In this document: piece by piece, positions 50,724-62,352 of the stretch
How the letters are laid out: each line of letters starts with the position of its first letter
Position numbering within the stretch: the first letter of the stretch is position 1
DNA from: Candidatus Latescibacterota bacterium
GTDB lineage: Bacteria; Latescibacterota; CBDEFO01
Assembly (NCBI GenBank): GCA_965248755.1
Contig: OZ252149.1
Span: 1,440,001-1,504,000 of the forward strand
DNA: 64,000 bases
Direction: 5' to 3'
Notes under the pieces: generated by a model
The model's database searches: none
What the model was told of the DNA's origin: nothing
Seen by the model: only the letters and a program-made list of their open reading frames with translations
Made by a program: the position numbers and the translations under genes

Positions 50724-51929
50724 TCAGTCCGCTGTCACATGAAGCTCGCGCCCGATGGTGCTCAGATCCTCGTACCCGTTCTCTGTGATGACCACACCAT
50801 CTTCCAGACCAATGGCGCCCCATTCCAGACGGCGAGTACTGAACTCGATGGACAACGTCATGCCTTTCTCAAGCACGCGATCACTTTCGACGCCCAGCAC
50901 CGGTTCCTCGTGCACATTTCTGCCCACGCCGTGACCGATATAGCCCTGCAGATAGCTCTCGAGTCCTTCCTTCTGCAGTAGTCCGTTGCCGGTTTCAAAG
51001 ATATTCGACAGCTTAACTCCCGGGCGCAGCAGCTCGAGCACTGCGTCCATCGCCCGTCGCATGCCCTTGTAGATCTTAAGCAGCTCGTTGCTGGGCTCTC
51101 CTATGGACATGAACATGCACAGATCGCTCTGATAGTGGCGGTAGCTGGCTCCGCCGTCAACACAAACGGTCTGGCCAGGTGCAAACAGCATCGCGTTCGG
51201 TCCCACCACGTCTATGCCCAAGGGCCCGATCATCGTATGCAGCCACTCGTGGCGCACGCCGCGCCGGTAGTGTTCAGCGCCTAAGATCCCCTCGAAATCC
51301 AGGCCAGTCATCCCCCCCCGGACACTGTTGAACGCGGTCCTGTACGCCTCCTGGGTGGCCTTGGCCACGAAGCGCATTCGGCGGATCTCCTCCGGCGTCT
51401 TGAGCATCCGAAGTTCGTCGAAGAGGCCCAGGACCTCACGAAACTGCGCCTGTGGCATCAACCCCTGCAATTTCTCGTACGCTTCGATCCCCAGAAAGCG
51501 ACGCTCGATGCCGATTGTCGCCTTATCCAGACCTCGGTGGCAGAGAGCATCGGCGGCCGCGTCGAAGGGATCTAAGTAGGGTTCGGTGATCGACGGCCCG
51601 AGCGGGCTGTTGGTGGAGCGCATCGGCACGTCGGGACCCCAGACGCGACGATCTTTGATCCAGACTTCCCAGTTGTACATGTCACCCTCTTCACTGGCCC
51701 GACGGCAGGTTACGAACGGCTCGACCTTCCGGTCCTGCGGCAGCCCAACGAAGAGCTGATAGGGCTCGTCCCGGTCAAAGGTCGTCCACGGCCCGATGCT
51801 GGTGTACAAGTCGTGCTTCCAGTGGTCGGCCAGGTAGCCTGCGTTCAAGAGTGTGTGGGGCAAAAGCACGTCCACGCCCCACTGCTTCATCAGATGCACT
51901 GCTTTATCGTAGTCAAATAGGATCACCAC
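50724..51929 (-). CDS. M24-family (Xaa-Pro peptidase-like) metallohydrolase
   Basis: KTPEEI, VDGG...YQSD, GHGVG..VHEEP, SIE, LED ligand pattern. Confidence 0.88.
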   Translation of the reverse strand: MVILFDYDKAVHLMKQWGVDVLLPHTLLNAGYLADHWKHDLYTSIGPWTTFDRDEPYQLFVGLPQDRKVEPFVTCRRASEEGDMYNWEVWIKDRRVWGPDVPMRSTNSPLGPSITEPYLDPFDAAADALCHRGLDKATIGIERRFLGIEAYEKLQGLMPQAQFREVLGLFDELRMLKTPEEIRRMRFVAKATQEAYRTAFNSVRGGMTGLDFEGILGAEHYRRGVRHEWLHTMIGPLGIDVVGPNAMLFAPGQTVCVDGGASYRHYQSDLCMFMSIGEPSNELLKIYKGMRRAMDAVLELLRPGVKLSNIFETGNGLLQKEGLESYLQGYIGHGVGRNVHEEPVLGVESDRVLEKGMTLSIEFSTRRLEWGAIGLEDGVVITENGYEDLSTIGRELHVTAD

Positions 51930-52860
51930 GTTCCTCCAGCCAGCTTTCTAAATCGCTGTTCCGCCACCCCTGCGGCCGGTAATTCAACATGCGGGCTGCC
52001 CGTTCATGCGACCAGAGGGAACAATGGTCGTGCAGGGGGGTCTTTAGCGGGACTTTCGGATAGTAACGGGCAACGAGTTGCGCAGTCTCTTGGACGGTGT
52101 AGACTTCATTGCCGAGAATCTGGAAGACGTCATGGACGATTTCGTCGTTCTCCAGCGCCAACCGGCAGGCAACGCCGGTATCTCTGGCGTCCGTGACGTC
52201 CCAGAGCACCTTTGGACCTGGCGGTTTTCCCCTTTCGGGGTCCTGCCTGCGGAGCTGGTATTCCGTCCACATTTCTTCCACGGAGGCGAATCGCACAGTG
52301 CCGCCTCCTGAGCGAACTGCCACTTCGGCCCCTTCCCGATCCACATACCAGTTGTTGCCCAGGCGCAGGCAGATGGTATGAATGCCGTACGCATCTGAGT
52401 ACCGCTTGCACGTGAGTTCACCCAGCAGTTTGCTAAGACCGTATTCGTCCTGCGGCTCGCAGGGGTGCTCCTCATCGATAGGAAAATAGCGCGGGATGAT
52501 CTGATTTTTCGCGAACGTTATACCCGCGGCTGCAGCTGAAGATGCGAACACAACTTTGGCCACACCCACCGCCACGGCCGCCTCGAGAACGCGAAGCGTC
52601 CCGATGATATTGCCGTGCATCATCTGCTCGGGCGTGACCAGGCCCAATCCGGTGACAGCGGCCAGGTGTAATATGGCGTCGTGGCCCGGACAGATCTGCA
52701 GCAGTTGCTCTGCCTCCATGATGTCACCCTGAATGAATCGCGCACCGGACACCAGCGGCTCTCGGCGACCGAAGCTCGAGACAATATGCCCGGCGCCGAG
52801 TAACTCTCGCAGTGCATAGCCACCGAGCCTGCCGCTGCCCCCTGTTACAAGAACCTTCAT
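51913..52860 (-). CDS. NAD-dependent epimerase/dehydratase family protein
   Basis: VTGGSGRLG, HLAA, ASS, YGLSK. Confidence 0.9.
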   Translation of the reverse strand: MKVLVTGGSGRLGGYALRELLGAGHIVSSFGRREPLVSGARFIQGDIMEAEQLLQICPGHDAILHLAAVTGLGLVTPEQMMHGNIIGTLRVLEAAVAVGVAKVVFASSAAAAGITFAKNQIIPRYFPIDEEHPCEPQDEYGLSKLLGELTCKRYSDAYGIHTICLRLGNNWYVDREGAEVAVRSGGGTVRFASVEEMWTEYQLRRQDPERGKPPGPKVLWDVTDARDTGVACRLALENDEIVHDVFQILGNEVYTVQETAQLVARYYPKVPLKTPLHDHCSLWSHERAARMLNYRPQGWRNSDLESWLEERGDPI

Positions 52861-53151
52861 CTTGTGCTCTCCTCTCTCAGGTCAGTTTCCAACGCGGGTT
52901 TGCCTCCTTCAGGAACGTGAAAGCTACTTGGGACCCCTTACAGAGGTTCCTGGACTGCTCACTCCTTCTGATGGTCTCCAGAAAAACAGGTAGCGAACCC
53001 TGCTGCACGCCCTCGCTGAATGTCTAAACTGAGCCCGTACAGCAGCCACGAAGACGGTAGGCGACATGCCTTCACTCAGATCTTCAATGAATTTCAAAGG
53101 TCGCATAACCATCCTGTGTCTACGAAGTTCCGAAGGCATACGGATAGTCCC

Positions 53152-53178
53152 GATCCCCGATAGACTCAATCGGGGATC
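53152..53178. repeat. Short palindromic element, perfect intergenic copy
   Basis: gatccccgat-agactca-atcggggatc. Confidence 0.85.
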
Positions 53179-53329
53179 AACTGAAAATAAGGAAGAAAAT
53201 AGTGTTTGTCAATGAAAAGTTCTCAGTCCAAAACCGTTGTAATACCTCTTTCAATTGAAAATGAGGCTGCATATGTTTAGATCGATACGACTGCTTTTAC
53301 GGCAAACGAGCAGGTTGGATGGGGAAGAT

Positions 53330-53660
53330 AAAGGTAGGTGGACCGGAGACATACGAAGCTAGATAAGCGGCCTTTTAATGGGGCACAGAGAAGCATGATG
53401 CAGAAAGAATGTTGGCCATTCTTTGGTTCACCCGTAACACTGCACATCATGATCAGGGCAATCTCTCGAAAAGTTTCAAGCGTGTCTGTAAAAGGGCAGA
53501 TGGCAAAAATGCCACTATGCATACACATCACCATAGCTTTGGATGGCGCATGTGGAACTCAAGATCCTGCATGGAATCGTGGGAGATTTGGATATCCACT
53601 CCATAACGATCTACTCCCATATCCAGAAAGAATACCTTAAAGGCACGACATCTGCAGCGG
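53330..53660 (+). pseudogene. Tyrosine recombinase (phage integrase) C-terminal remnant
   Basis: NLSKSFKRVCKRADGKNATMHTHHHSFG then, frameshifted, MAHVELKILHGIVGDLDIHSITIYSH. These are degraded HxLRHSF and LLGH..I..T.IY.H boxes. Confidence 0.7.
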
Positions 53661-54087
53661 ATGAGCTTCGTGCTCCTTTAAGAAAGAGAGAGGTTAACGA
53701 AAGTTCAAAGATTATGAAGCAAGACTGAAGAAGGCTATTGAAAAAAGGAGCAGATTCTCTTGCCATCTGAACGTTTCGATATATGCTGTCACGCAAAACT
53801 ATTAGTGACATGATGGATTTCAGTGATGAAGATGCTGTCTGTTCAAAATAAGAGATAGAATCCGATGGTAAAACGGAACTTATGGTCAGAAATCTCTGAC
53901 GTTAATACGATGCTATTTCTTGGAGAATAGCGGAACTTTTCGGTATTCAAGAGATATTTATGGCGAACTGGATCTTACATTAGAAAGGTAGAAAAGCAGC
54001 AGACAAAAGTTATAGCAGGTTCATTTCAGTCCACCACAAATTGGTAGGATCAGTGGGCAAGAACAGGGAGCGTGAAGCGATAAGATA

Positions 54088-56044
54088 CTACTCTATGCCC
54101 GATATTAGTCTGTGCCTGTATATGCTCTTTTTCAGTACATCTCCCATAGTGAGCGCCTCGAGCTTCTCAAGATAGCTCATCACAACCATAACGACTGTAG
54201 CATGACTCCAGGTCAAAGAGGAGACGGACAGTGGCTCATTTGTGTGAGGATGAACCTGCTCTGCCAAGACTCCCGACTCAAGCGTTCTGTCCGCGACCCA
54301 CTCCATTATATCCACTGCCTTCTTAAGGTCATCTACTTTTATGGAAGTCGCTATGTACCATTCTGCAAGCCACATCGTGCAGATGAACCAGGGATTTCCA
54401 GGGACATTATCTATATCCTGGCTTTTCTGATGGTAGTAGTCGTTCTCATATCTGGCTACTCCCCCCACATTAGTTTTTATCCAGAGCCTCTCCCTTATGG
54501 ATTTCATAGTGGATACAATTTTCGGATCGTCGGGAGGAAAAGCTCCGAATCTGAAAAGGCCGTACATGCTGGCGTCTATGGTCATGTCAAGATCGTATCC
54601 GTCGTCGTTTCTAACTGCTGTCCGACATAAGCGATTGTACTTTTCTGCAAGGGCGTCTTCTCCGAAGGCAGAGGCAAACTTGGCGGCGGCCTTCAACCCT
54701 CCACACACGGCTCCCACCGTATATGCATGAACCCCGTGTCGCTCCTCCCACAGATCGTAAGACTCAAGGGGAAGCTTGGTCTCCTCATCCCTGAATCTTA
54801 CCATAAATTCCGCAGCCGATGTTACCAATCTCCTGTATAAGGGCTTTATGTACTCTATGTCCCTGAATTTGTTGAAGTGCTCCCAGAGCGCCTAGACTAC
54901 AAGCGCGGTCTCGTCCTCCTGTATCGGAAGCTCAAGCTTGCCGTCCTTCGTCCAGGGGTACCAGGAGCTTGCCACAGAACCGTCGGGGCTATATTTGTGC
55001 AGGAAGTATCCATCTTTCCTTATCGCGTGGTAGCAGAATTCGAAGAATCTCCTTGAGATCTCAGAATATCCCGTCTTTATGAGAGTAGTTGCCACCAATG
55101 CCCAGTCCCTGGGCCACATATACGAATAGGTGTCCCTTGAAAAATGCAGTATGTCGCTGTCATTGGCGGGGATTATGGCTCCCCGGTTGTCAATCTGGGT
55201 TCTTAAAATTAACAGGCTCCTTTTGAAAAGGTCGACAATGTTCTGGGAAAGATCCTTGTAGCTGAAGTCCTCCTTGTTTACCCAGAGTCTCCAGATAAGC
55301 GCCTGTCCTTTTTATCAATTCCTCAGGCGACTTCTCGACTACCCTGTTATAACGGCGATCTACGTCAGCCCATCTTCGACCTACAACCATCCAGTAATAG
55401 GCCGTGTTCTGGCCTTTTGCCGGAACATCTATATGAAATCCTAATGTCGAATACACATCTCCTTGTTCTATTGCATTTCCCCCAAGGTGTCCGTCTTCCG
55501 CATCTTTCCAGGTTCCTATTGCACCGCCGACTTCCTTCTTTCCTGTGTCAAACTGATCTATACCTATCTTCTGGGAGTCCGAACAGCACATCCTGAAGTA
55601 CCTTTTCCCCTTGTAGTGAACTATAGATTTCCCCACAGGATCGTAGTAAGCCGTATCCCCCACGTCGCTTCCATATATGTGGAAATCGTGTCCGAAAAAG
55701 AGTCTCCCGTGTCTTTTTTTATTTTCCAGATTCACGATTTTGATCTTCTTTATGTAGATATTTTCGTGGAAATTCACAGTATCGCCGATATAAAGTTCAA
55801 GCTTAAGCCGATCGTTCTTGGCCACCACATCGGTTATCAGTGTCTCTGGAAGGTATTTGTGCGACAGGTCCCATACGTCATCTATCCAGCTGAATTGTCC
55901 GTCGACCCAGGCTCCGAACTTAAAGGAATGTCCTTCCGTGTGGTTCTCCTGTCCCACGTAAGGGTAGTAAATGTCTCGCAACTGGTAGGATTTATCGAAT
56001 GTTATTAGAAGATCCCCGTTTCCTATGGGAATGTCGCCCGGCAT
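54088..56044 (-). pseudogene. GH15 glucoamylase-like glycoside hydrolase, disrupted
   Basis: IGNG, YMWPRD, QEDETA, DLWEE, DAS, RYEND.Y, LAEQ, LTWSHA motifs across three ORFs; extra base near 55294, in-frame TAG at 54892..54894 and an apparent internal deletion near 54630. Confidence 0.85.
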
Positions 56045-56296
56045 TGTTTGCTCCTGTCTCTATGTGTTCTTTGAAAGGCGGATAATAATCTACCGGACTG
56101 GAATAATGTACTAATTGCTCAGGCGATGTCAACTTTTTACCGACGTTAGGTTTGTCTATATTTTTTCTTGTGTAAACCCCTTCCTATGTGTTATAATTAA
56201 TATAAATCGACCTTCTTAGAGAGGACAGCAGAGCTCCTACAAGTTAATTTTCAGGATCGTAACAGCCCAAAATCTCAATTGGAAAGGATGTAAAGA

Positions 56297-57154
56297 ATGG
56301 ATTTGACAAGACAGCCTCCACGTCGTCCATCAAACGTAACGATGGCAGGTATCGTCGGACTTGCTAGAATGACGGACAAGGCAAGAGCGGCCAACAGAGG
56401 GATGTTGGGCGAATATGTGTACGGGGAAGCTTCCGGATCGGACATGAATGTTTTGAATTTTCTGGGGATCTCAGCCGCGGAATTTGCAGAAGCCGTTGAA
56501 AAATACGACGACGCCGGCATAAGTGAGTGGGTGCTCCAAAAATCGGGGAAAACAGAAGACCAGATCGACGCCTTCAATGAGGCCGAACTGTCGCGAGAAC
56601 CGGATGATGAGATGCATCGGGCCTTGCTCCAGGAGCGCGTAGAAAAGTACGCCCCCGGAAGAACAGATATCAAGACAGGGGTTCAGTCTATAGAACTGGA
56701 CGATTGGGGCAACTTTTATAGACTGGATCTCACCAAGCAACCTCCGCGCAGTCCATATTGCACCGACGTAGCAGGAATCGCCTGGGCTGCCCGTGCGGCG
56801 GACAAAGCCAGGGCTGCGAACGCGGGTCTCTTGGGAGAATATAATTACGGCGATGACTCTGAGGGCGATAAACCTCTTTTGGAGTTTCTGGGCATCTCGG
56901 CAGAAGATTTTGCCCGTGCGGCTGTGAACAATCCAAACGATATAGAGTTAGGGGACTGGGTTATCCAGAAGTCGGGGAAAACAGAGGATGAGATCGCAGA
57001 ATTCAACAGAAACTTTTCAGAAGCTGGACCCGAAACAGATGAGGAGCGCGCCGGGTTCCAGGAGTACTTGAACGAATTAGACCCCACCCGGACAGATGTC
57101 ACTACGTGGTCTGCGTTGATGCTCCTTGACGATCAGATAAGTTTTTCAAAATAA
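56297..57154 (+). CDS. Tandem DUF5069-like domain protein
   Basis: Two internal repeats DLTxQPPRxP...ARxxDKARA...LGEYxYG...FLGISA...W...KSGKTED. Confidence 0.75.
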   Translation: MDLTRQPPRRPSNVTMAGIVGLARMTDKARAANRGMLGEYVYGEASGSDMNVLNFLGISAAEFAEAVEKYDDAGISEWVLQKSGKTEDQIDAFNEAELSREPDDEMHRALLQERVEKYAPGRTDIKTGVQSIELDDWGNFYRLDLTKQPPRSPYCTDVAGIAWAARAADKARAANAGLLGEYNYGDDSEGDKPLLEFLGISAEDFARAAVNNPNDIELGDWVIQKSGKTEDEIAEFNRNFSEAGPETDEERAGFQEYLNELDPTRTDVTTWSALMLLDDQISFSK

Positions 57155-57253
57155 GAGATCATTGGAAGAATGTGGAGATGTGGAAGGAAGAAGCTCCAGC
57201 TACGGGTTACACGTCCTTTCCACATCTCCTGCTAATGTGACATGCTTTTCGAG

Positions 57254-58601
57254 GGGTCTGTCAGTTTTTTTGTGTAAATGGGATTTTCTTCTGTACCCTT
57301 TTCGGCTTATTCTATACCAAATCTCCCCTCGAAGTGGATGGAGAATTGGTGAATGGCCAAGCTCCAGTTCCTGATCGGCATCGTCCATTTTTTCTTGATA
57401 TTCTTGAGTGTCATATAGAGTAACTTAATCGCTGTCTCGTCGTTTGGGAAGCTATTTCTGTTCTTTATTACTTTCCGTAGAGAGTTATTAAGCGATTCGA
57501 TGGCGTTTGTGGTATAGATCACCCTTCGGATCTCTTCAGAGTAGGCGAAAAACGGGATGATCCGAGACCAGTTATTCTGCCACGATTTACTTATCATCGG
57601 ATAACGGCTGTCCCAAGCCTCCTGAAAATCTCCAAGGGCCTCTTCAGCCTGTTCTACCGTGGGGGCTCGGTATATATTCTTGAGGTCGGCGGCAATCTTT
57701 TTACGATCCCTATACGACACGAACTTCAAGGAATTCCTCACCACATGGACAATACAGAGCTGGACCTCTGCTTGGGGAAATACGGATTCAATAGCCTCTG
57801 GAAGACCCTGGAGACCATCCACGCAAGCTATCAACACATCGTTCATCCCCCGATTCTTAAGCTCCGTGAAAACTTGCAGCCAGAACTTCGCCCCCTCGCT
57901 CTTTGCAATCCAGATACCCAAAACGTCTTTCATCCCATCCAGACCGACCCCTACCGCAAGATACACCGCCTTGTTTACGATCCGGCCTTCGTCTCTAATC
58001 TTCATCACCAGAGAATCAAAGAATACTATGGGATACACCCCTTCAAAAGGACGATCCTGCCACTGCTTCACCTCTGATATGATCCCATCGGTCACAGTCG
58101 ATATCAAATCAGGGGACACCTCTACACCGTATATCTCCTCCAAATGAGCCTGTATATCACGTGTGGTCATCCCTCGGGCATACATAGACAGTATCTTATC
58201 ATCAAAACCTGTAAATCGCCTCTGCCCCTTCCTCACTATCTGCGGATCAAACTGACTGTTCCGATCCCGTGGCACCGATATCTCCAGATCACCATAATCT
58301 GTCTTCAATCCCTTTGTGCTCCTACCGTTGCGCGAATTACCGCTGTTCCTCCCTTCTGGTAGAACTCTTATCGTAGCCTAACTCATACGTAAGCTCTGAC
58401 TCCAGAGCCCGCTCAAGAATCGCCTTCGTCAACTGCTTCAAAAGACCTTCCTCACCAATTATGTCTTCCGGCTTCTTGTAGTCCTTCAAAAGCTCATCAA
58501 TCAACTTCGGGTCTAGCTTGTCCATGTAAGAACTCCTTATGTAAATGGTGGCCAACTAATATAACTCATTTCCCCATTTACACAAATTTCCTTACACACC
58601 C
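57254..58601 (-). mobile_element. IS256-family insertion sequence (1348 bp)
   Basis: Imperfect TIRs gggtctgtcagtttttttgtgtaaatggg / gggtgtgtaaggaaatttgtgtaaatggg; 8-bp TSD ttttcgag at 57246..57253 and 58602..58609. Confidence 0.95.
57307..58525 (-). pseudogene. IS256 (Mutator) transposase with a +1 frameshift near 58360
   Basis: VPRDR..F.P, YARGMTTRDI, DGLQG, QLCIVH, YTTNAIESLN. The N-terminal ORF MDKLDPK...ELGYDKSS is out of frame with PEGRNSGNSRNG. Confidence 0.88.
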
Positions 58602-58637
58602 TTTTCGAGTGGAGAGATTGGTACTAAAGTATTGTTT

Positions 58638-58677
58638 AGAGAGCCTCAACTCTCTCCAGAGAGCTTCAACTCTCTCC
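58638..58677. repeat. Two tandem 20-bp hairpin units downstream of tyrS
   Basis: agagagcctcaactctctcc / agagagcttcaactctctcc. Confidence 0.75.
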
Positions 58678-58763
58678 CTTACGATTCTTCGGAGTGAGTT
58701 CCCCTCGCGATGACTGAATCGCCCGGGTCAAGCAATCTGCGTGAGACCACCTTTCCCTTTCTA

Positions 58764-60005
58764 CTACGTTCTACTGTTTGGTGCCATGCGGTTTGATCTC
58801 AGTATTTCTGCAAATCTCCTCTTACCTGCCTTTACGATCTCCCCTCCTTTAAGACTGATATCCGCATCAGGATTCGATATTCTCTCCCCATCGATGCTCA
58901 TGCCTCCCCCTTCGATTAGTCTCCTTGCCTCTGTGTTCGTTGTGGCAAAGCCTAAATCCTTAACAAGTTTCACAACCCATATCGAATCCTCCGGCACCTG
59001 ATGCTGGGGGATGTTCTCAGGGAGTTTCTGCTCTTTGAATACTCTGTTAAATTCCCTCTCCGCATCTTGGGCTGTACCCTTATCGTAATATAGGCTTACA
59101 AGCTGTCGCGCAAGTTCCCTCTTCACATCCATTGGATTTACACTGGCGTCGTTCAGACGTCTCTCTATGTCCTCAAGCTCCCCTTCTGATGTCACTGTTC
59201 CCAGAGCGATCTTAAAATAAGGATAGACAAGCTCATCTGAAATAGACATAGTCTTGCCGTATATTTGATCTGGCGGCTCGGTGATGCCTATGTAGTTTCC
59301 CAGGCTCTTGCTCATCTTCAGGGTGCCGTCCAGGCCCACCAAAAGGGGCATAGTGATAAACACCTCCGGCTCCTGACCGTACTCTCTTTGAATCTCCCTT
59401 GCGACCAAGAGGTTGAATTTCTGGTCTGTCCCGCCCAATTCCACGTCTGCCTTGAGTGCCACCGAATCGTAGCCCTGAAGCAGAGGATACATAAACTCTA
59501 AAATGGTAATCGGCTTTCCCGTCTGATAGCGCTCTAAAAAATCGTCCCTTTCGATCATCCTGGCAACAGTGTACTTAGAGGCCAACTCCAGCATATCCTC
59601 AATCTTCAAGGCTCTGCACCACTTGCTGTTGAACTCGACCCTCGTCTTTCGGGGATCTAAGATCTTGAACACCTGTTCCTTGTAGGTTAGTGCGTTTTTT
59701 AGGATCTCTCCCCTTGAAAGGCTTTTTCTGGTAGCATTCTTTTGGCTCGGGTCGCCGATCATCCCTGTAAAATCCCCGATCATGAACACAACTTCGTGTC
59801 CCAAATCCTGAAAATGTTTCATCTTCCATATCAGCACAGCGTTTCCGATATGTATATCGGGAGCGGTGGGATCAAACCCAGTTTTTACTACCAGGGGCGT
59901 ATTAGTCTTTATAGATCGTTCTAACTTCGTTACTAAATCGTCCTCAGGGATGATCTCCTCTGTCCCTTTTTTTATGATATCCAGCTGTTCGTTTAGACTC
60001 ATCAT
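58764..60005 (-). CDS. tyrS: Tyrosine--tRNA ligase
   Basis: [37 protein letters not shown]-terminal S4 domain. Confidence 0.97.
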   Translation of the reverse strand: MMSLNEQLDIIKKGTEEIIPEDDLVTKLERSIKTNTPLVVKTGFDPTAPDIHIGNAVLIWKMKHFQDLGHEVVFMIGDFTGMIGDPSQKNATRKSLSRGEILKNALTYKEQVFKILDPRKTRVEFNSKWCRALKIEDMLELASKYTVARMIERDDFLERYQTGKPITILEFMYPLLQGYDSVALKADVELGGTDQKFNLLVAREIQREYGQEPEVFITMPLLVGLDGTLKMSKSLGNYIGITEPPDQIYGKTMSISDELVYPYFKIALGTVTSEGELEDIERRLNDASVNPMDVKRELARQLVSLYYDKGTAQDAEREFNRVFKEQKLPENIPQHQVPEDSIWVVKLVKDLGFATTNTEARRLIEGGGMSIDGERISNPDADISLKGGEIVKAGKRRFAEILRSNRMAPNSRT

Positions 60006-60279
60006 AGGCTCTGACCTTCCGATCATTGTGAACTAATTTGATCCTCTTGGACAAAGTTTCTTTGACATGTAATAGCGCAATATATTGTAATTCTTATAGA
60101 TAGGTGGAGTGTCCACTCTGTTGAGTAGGCAACAAGCCGCAAGGTGGAAAGTAACCATTTGGAACATTCCTAAAATGTCCTTGACTTATTGCCATAAGTA
60201 AGTACAATTTAGAGAAGAACGATTTTACATCTCCAATCTTGCCAAGAAATGCTTTGATACCCCACAAAGGGGAACTGCA

Positions 60280-62352
60280 ATGAAAAGGACACTGCTCTAC
60301 GCTCTTACGGCCTCCATAATATATCTTTTACTTCTATCTGTGGCAGTTGTCTATTTCAGCAGAGGTCTGCCCGGCTTAGAACGTCTCGAAAGGATACACG
60401 AAGAGACCAAGCTCACTACCAGAATTTACTCCTCTGACGGTGTAGTCTTAAAAGAGTTCGCCGTTGAGAAGAGAGAGCCTGTGTTCTACGAACAGCTTCC
60501 ACAGAACCTGGTGGATGCAGTCGTATCTATAGAAGACGAGAGGTTCTGGGATCACTGGGGCATCTCTTTAAGAGACATCGCCAGAGCGGTGTGGATAAAC
60601 CTGACTTCAGCACAGATCAAACAGGGAGCCAGCACACTTACACAGCAACTTGCAAGGAGACTCTTTCTCACCCCTGAAAAGACCCTGGCACGAAAGATAA
60701 AGGAAGCTATAACATCTGTGAGAATCGAAAGGACCTATACTAAAAAAGAGATAGTCCAGATGTATCTCAACGAGCAGTACTTCGGTAACGGGTGCTACGG
60801 TGTTCAATCCGCATCCGTATTTTACTTTGCCAAAGATGTCCAGGACCTCTCTCTTGAGGAGTGCGCGTATTTAGCTGGACTCTTGCAGCGTCCCTCAGAT
60901 TACTCAGATAGCCGTAAAGATGGGTGGATTCGCAGAAATACAGTTCTGCGTGCTATGGCATCCGCCGGGAAGATATCCCGCCAAGAGACAAAAGAGGCCC
61001 AAAGGGCTCCCCCGAGGTTCAACCACCCTCAAGAGGATGAAGGACTTGCCCCCTATTTCACGGAATATGTAAGGCAACATCTTGAGGCAGAATACGGATA
61101 CTCCGCTATATACGAAAGGGGTCTTTCTGTCTATACAGCCCTCGATTCCAGGACCCAAAGTATAGCCGAACAAGCCGTATCCAAAAAGCTCAGTCAGATA
61201 CAGTGGAAAATCGACAGTGAAAGCGCCAAGTTCCCGCCGGATTCTACCCTCTTTCAAATCGGCGATTCCCTTCAGGTAAGCGTGGTTCAAGGAGCCTTGG
61301 TCGCCCTCAATATAGCCACGGGAGAGATTTTGGCTATGGTCGGGGGAAAAGACTTTGAAGAGAGCAAATACAACAGAGCTGTGCAAGCCAAAAGGCAGCC
61401 GGGCTCCGCCTTTAAGCCTTTCATATACACTGCTGCCATAGACAATCACTACCGCACCACTGATAAGATACTCGACAATTCCATCACACTGCCACTTAAT
61501 GGGAAGATGTGGAGTCCGCAAAATTACGACCGAACCTTCAAGGGAGAAATGTCCCTCAGAGAGGGTCTCAAGCAGTCCCGCAACCTAGTAGCCGTAAAGC
61601 TCCTTTTGAAGATAGGTCCCAGACTTCCCATTCAATACGCAAAGAAGATGGGCATCAAGACTCCCCTTCAGCCCGTCTATTCTCTTGCCCTCGGAACAGC
61701 GGAAGTCACTCTTTTGGATATCACATCAGCCTACGGAGTCTTCCCCAACCAGGGCATCAGAGTTGAACCTATCTCTATTTTGCGCATCCTGGATAAAGAC
61801 GGTGAAACTATCTTCGAAGAGGACAGAGGGTCAGAAAGCGAAGTTCTCTCTGCCGAGACAGCGTCGGTTATGACCAGCATGCTTAAATCTGTTATGGAAG
61901 AGAAGGGTACGGGCTACGCGGCCAGGGCATATCCCTACAGATTCAAACGTCCGGCAGGGGGAAAGACTGGAACGACTCAAGATTTCACTGACGCCTGGTT
62001 CATCGGCTTTACACCGCATATTGTGACGGGGGTCTGGATCGGCTTCGACGTAAAGCGCTCGCTCGGTGACAGGATGGCAGGTTCTGTCGTAGCCCTCCCT
62101 CCCTGGGCCGAATTTATGAAGGAAGCTCACGAGGTCTTAGAACTACAGGAGAATGACTTTCAGATGTCTCCCGACGTCGTTAGACTCCAGATCTGTTGGG
62201 ATACCTATGATGTAGCCACCGACTACTGTCCCACAAAAATAGAGGAGGTATTCATCCCTCAAAGCTTTCCCACAGAGCTCTGCCAGGAACATCAAGCAGC
62301 AGGGATAGATGGAATATCAAGGAGCAGAGGCAGAAGAGCTAACGTGTTCTAG
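60280..62352 (+). CDS. Class A penicillin-binding protein (PBP1A family)
   Basis: [22 protein letters not shown] (transglycosylase); PGSAFK, SRN, GKTGT (transpeptidase). Confidence 0.93.
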   Translation: MKRTLLYALTASIIYLLLLSVAVVYFSRGLPGLERLERIHEETKLTTRIYSSDGVVLKEFAVEKREPVFYEQLPQNLVDAVVSIEDERFWDHWGISLRDIARAVWINLTSAQIKQGASTLTQQLARRLFLTPEKTLARKIKEAITSVRIERTYTKKEIVQMYLNEQYFGNGCYGVQSASVFYFAKDVQDLSLEECAYLAGLLQRPSDYSDSRKDGWIRRNTVLRAMASAGKISRQETKEAQRAPPRFNHPQEDEGLAPYFTEYVRQHLEAEYGYSAIYERGLSVYTALDSRTQSIAEQAVSKKLSQIQWKIDSESAKFPPDSTLFQIGDSLQVSVVQGALVALNIATGEILAMVGGKDFEESKYNRAVQAKRQPGSAFKPFIYTAAIDNHYRTTDKILDNSITLPLNGKMWSPQNYDRTFKGEMSLREGLKQSRNLVAVKLLLKIGPRLPIQYAKKMGIKTPLQPVYSLALGTAEVTLLDITSAYGVFPNQGIRVEPISILRILDKDGETIFEEDRGSESEVLSAETASVMTSMLKSVMEEKGTGYAARAYPYRFKRPAGGKTGTTQDFTDAWFIGFTPHIVTGVWIGFDVKRSLGDRMAGSVVALPPWAEFMKEAHEVLELQENDFQMSPDVVRLQICWDTYDVATDYCPTKIEEVFIPQSFPTELCQEHQAAGIDGISRSRGRRANVF

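Noticed and set aside
54892..54894. Stop-codon recoding (TAG read as an amino acid) in GH15
   Set aside because: The same gene has a frameshift and a deletion, many genes here end in TAG, and prfA is intact. A nonsense mutation is simpler.
60006..60279. T-box riboswitch upstream of tyrS
   Set aside because: No GGTGGNACC T-box motif or terminator recognisable on the minus strand.
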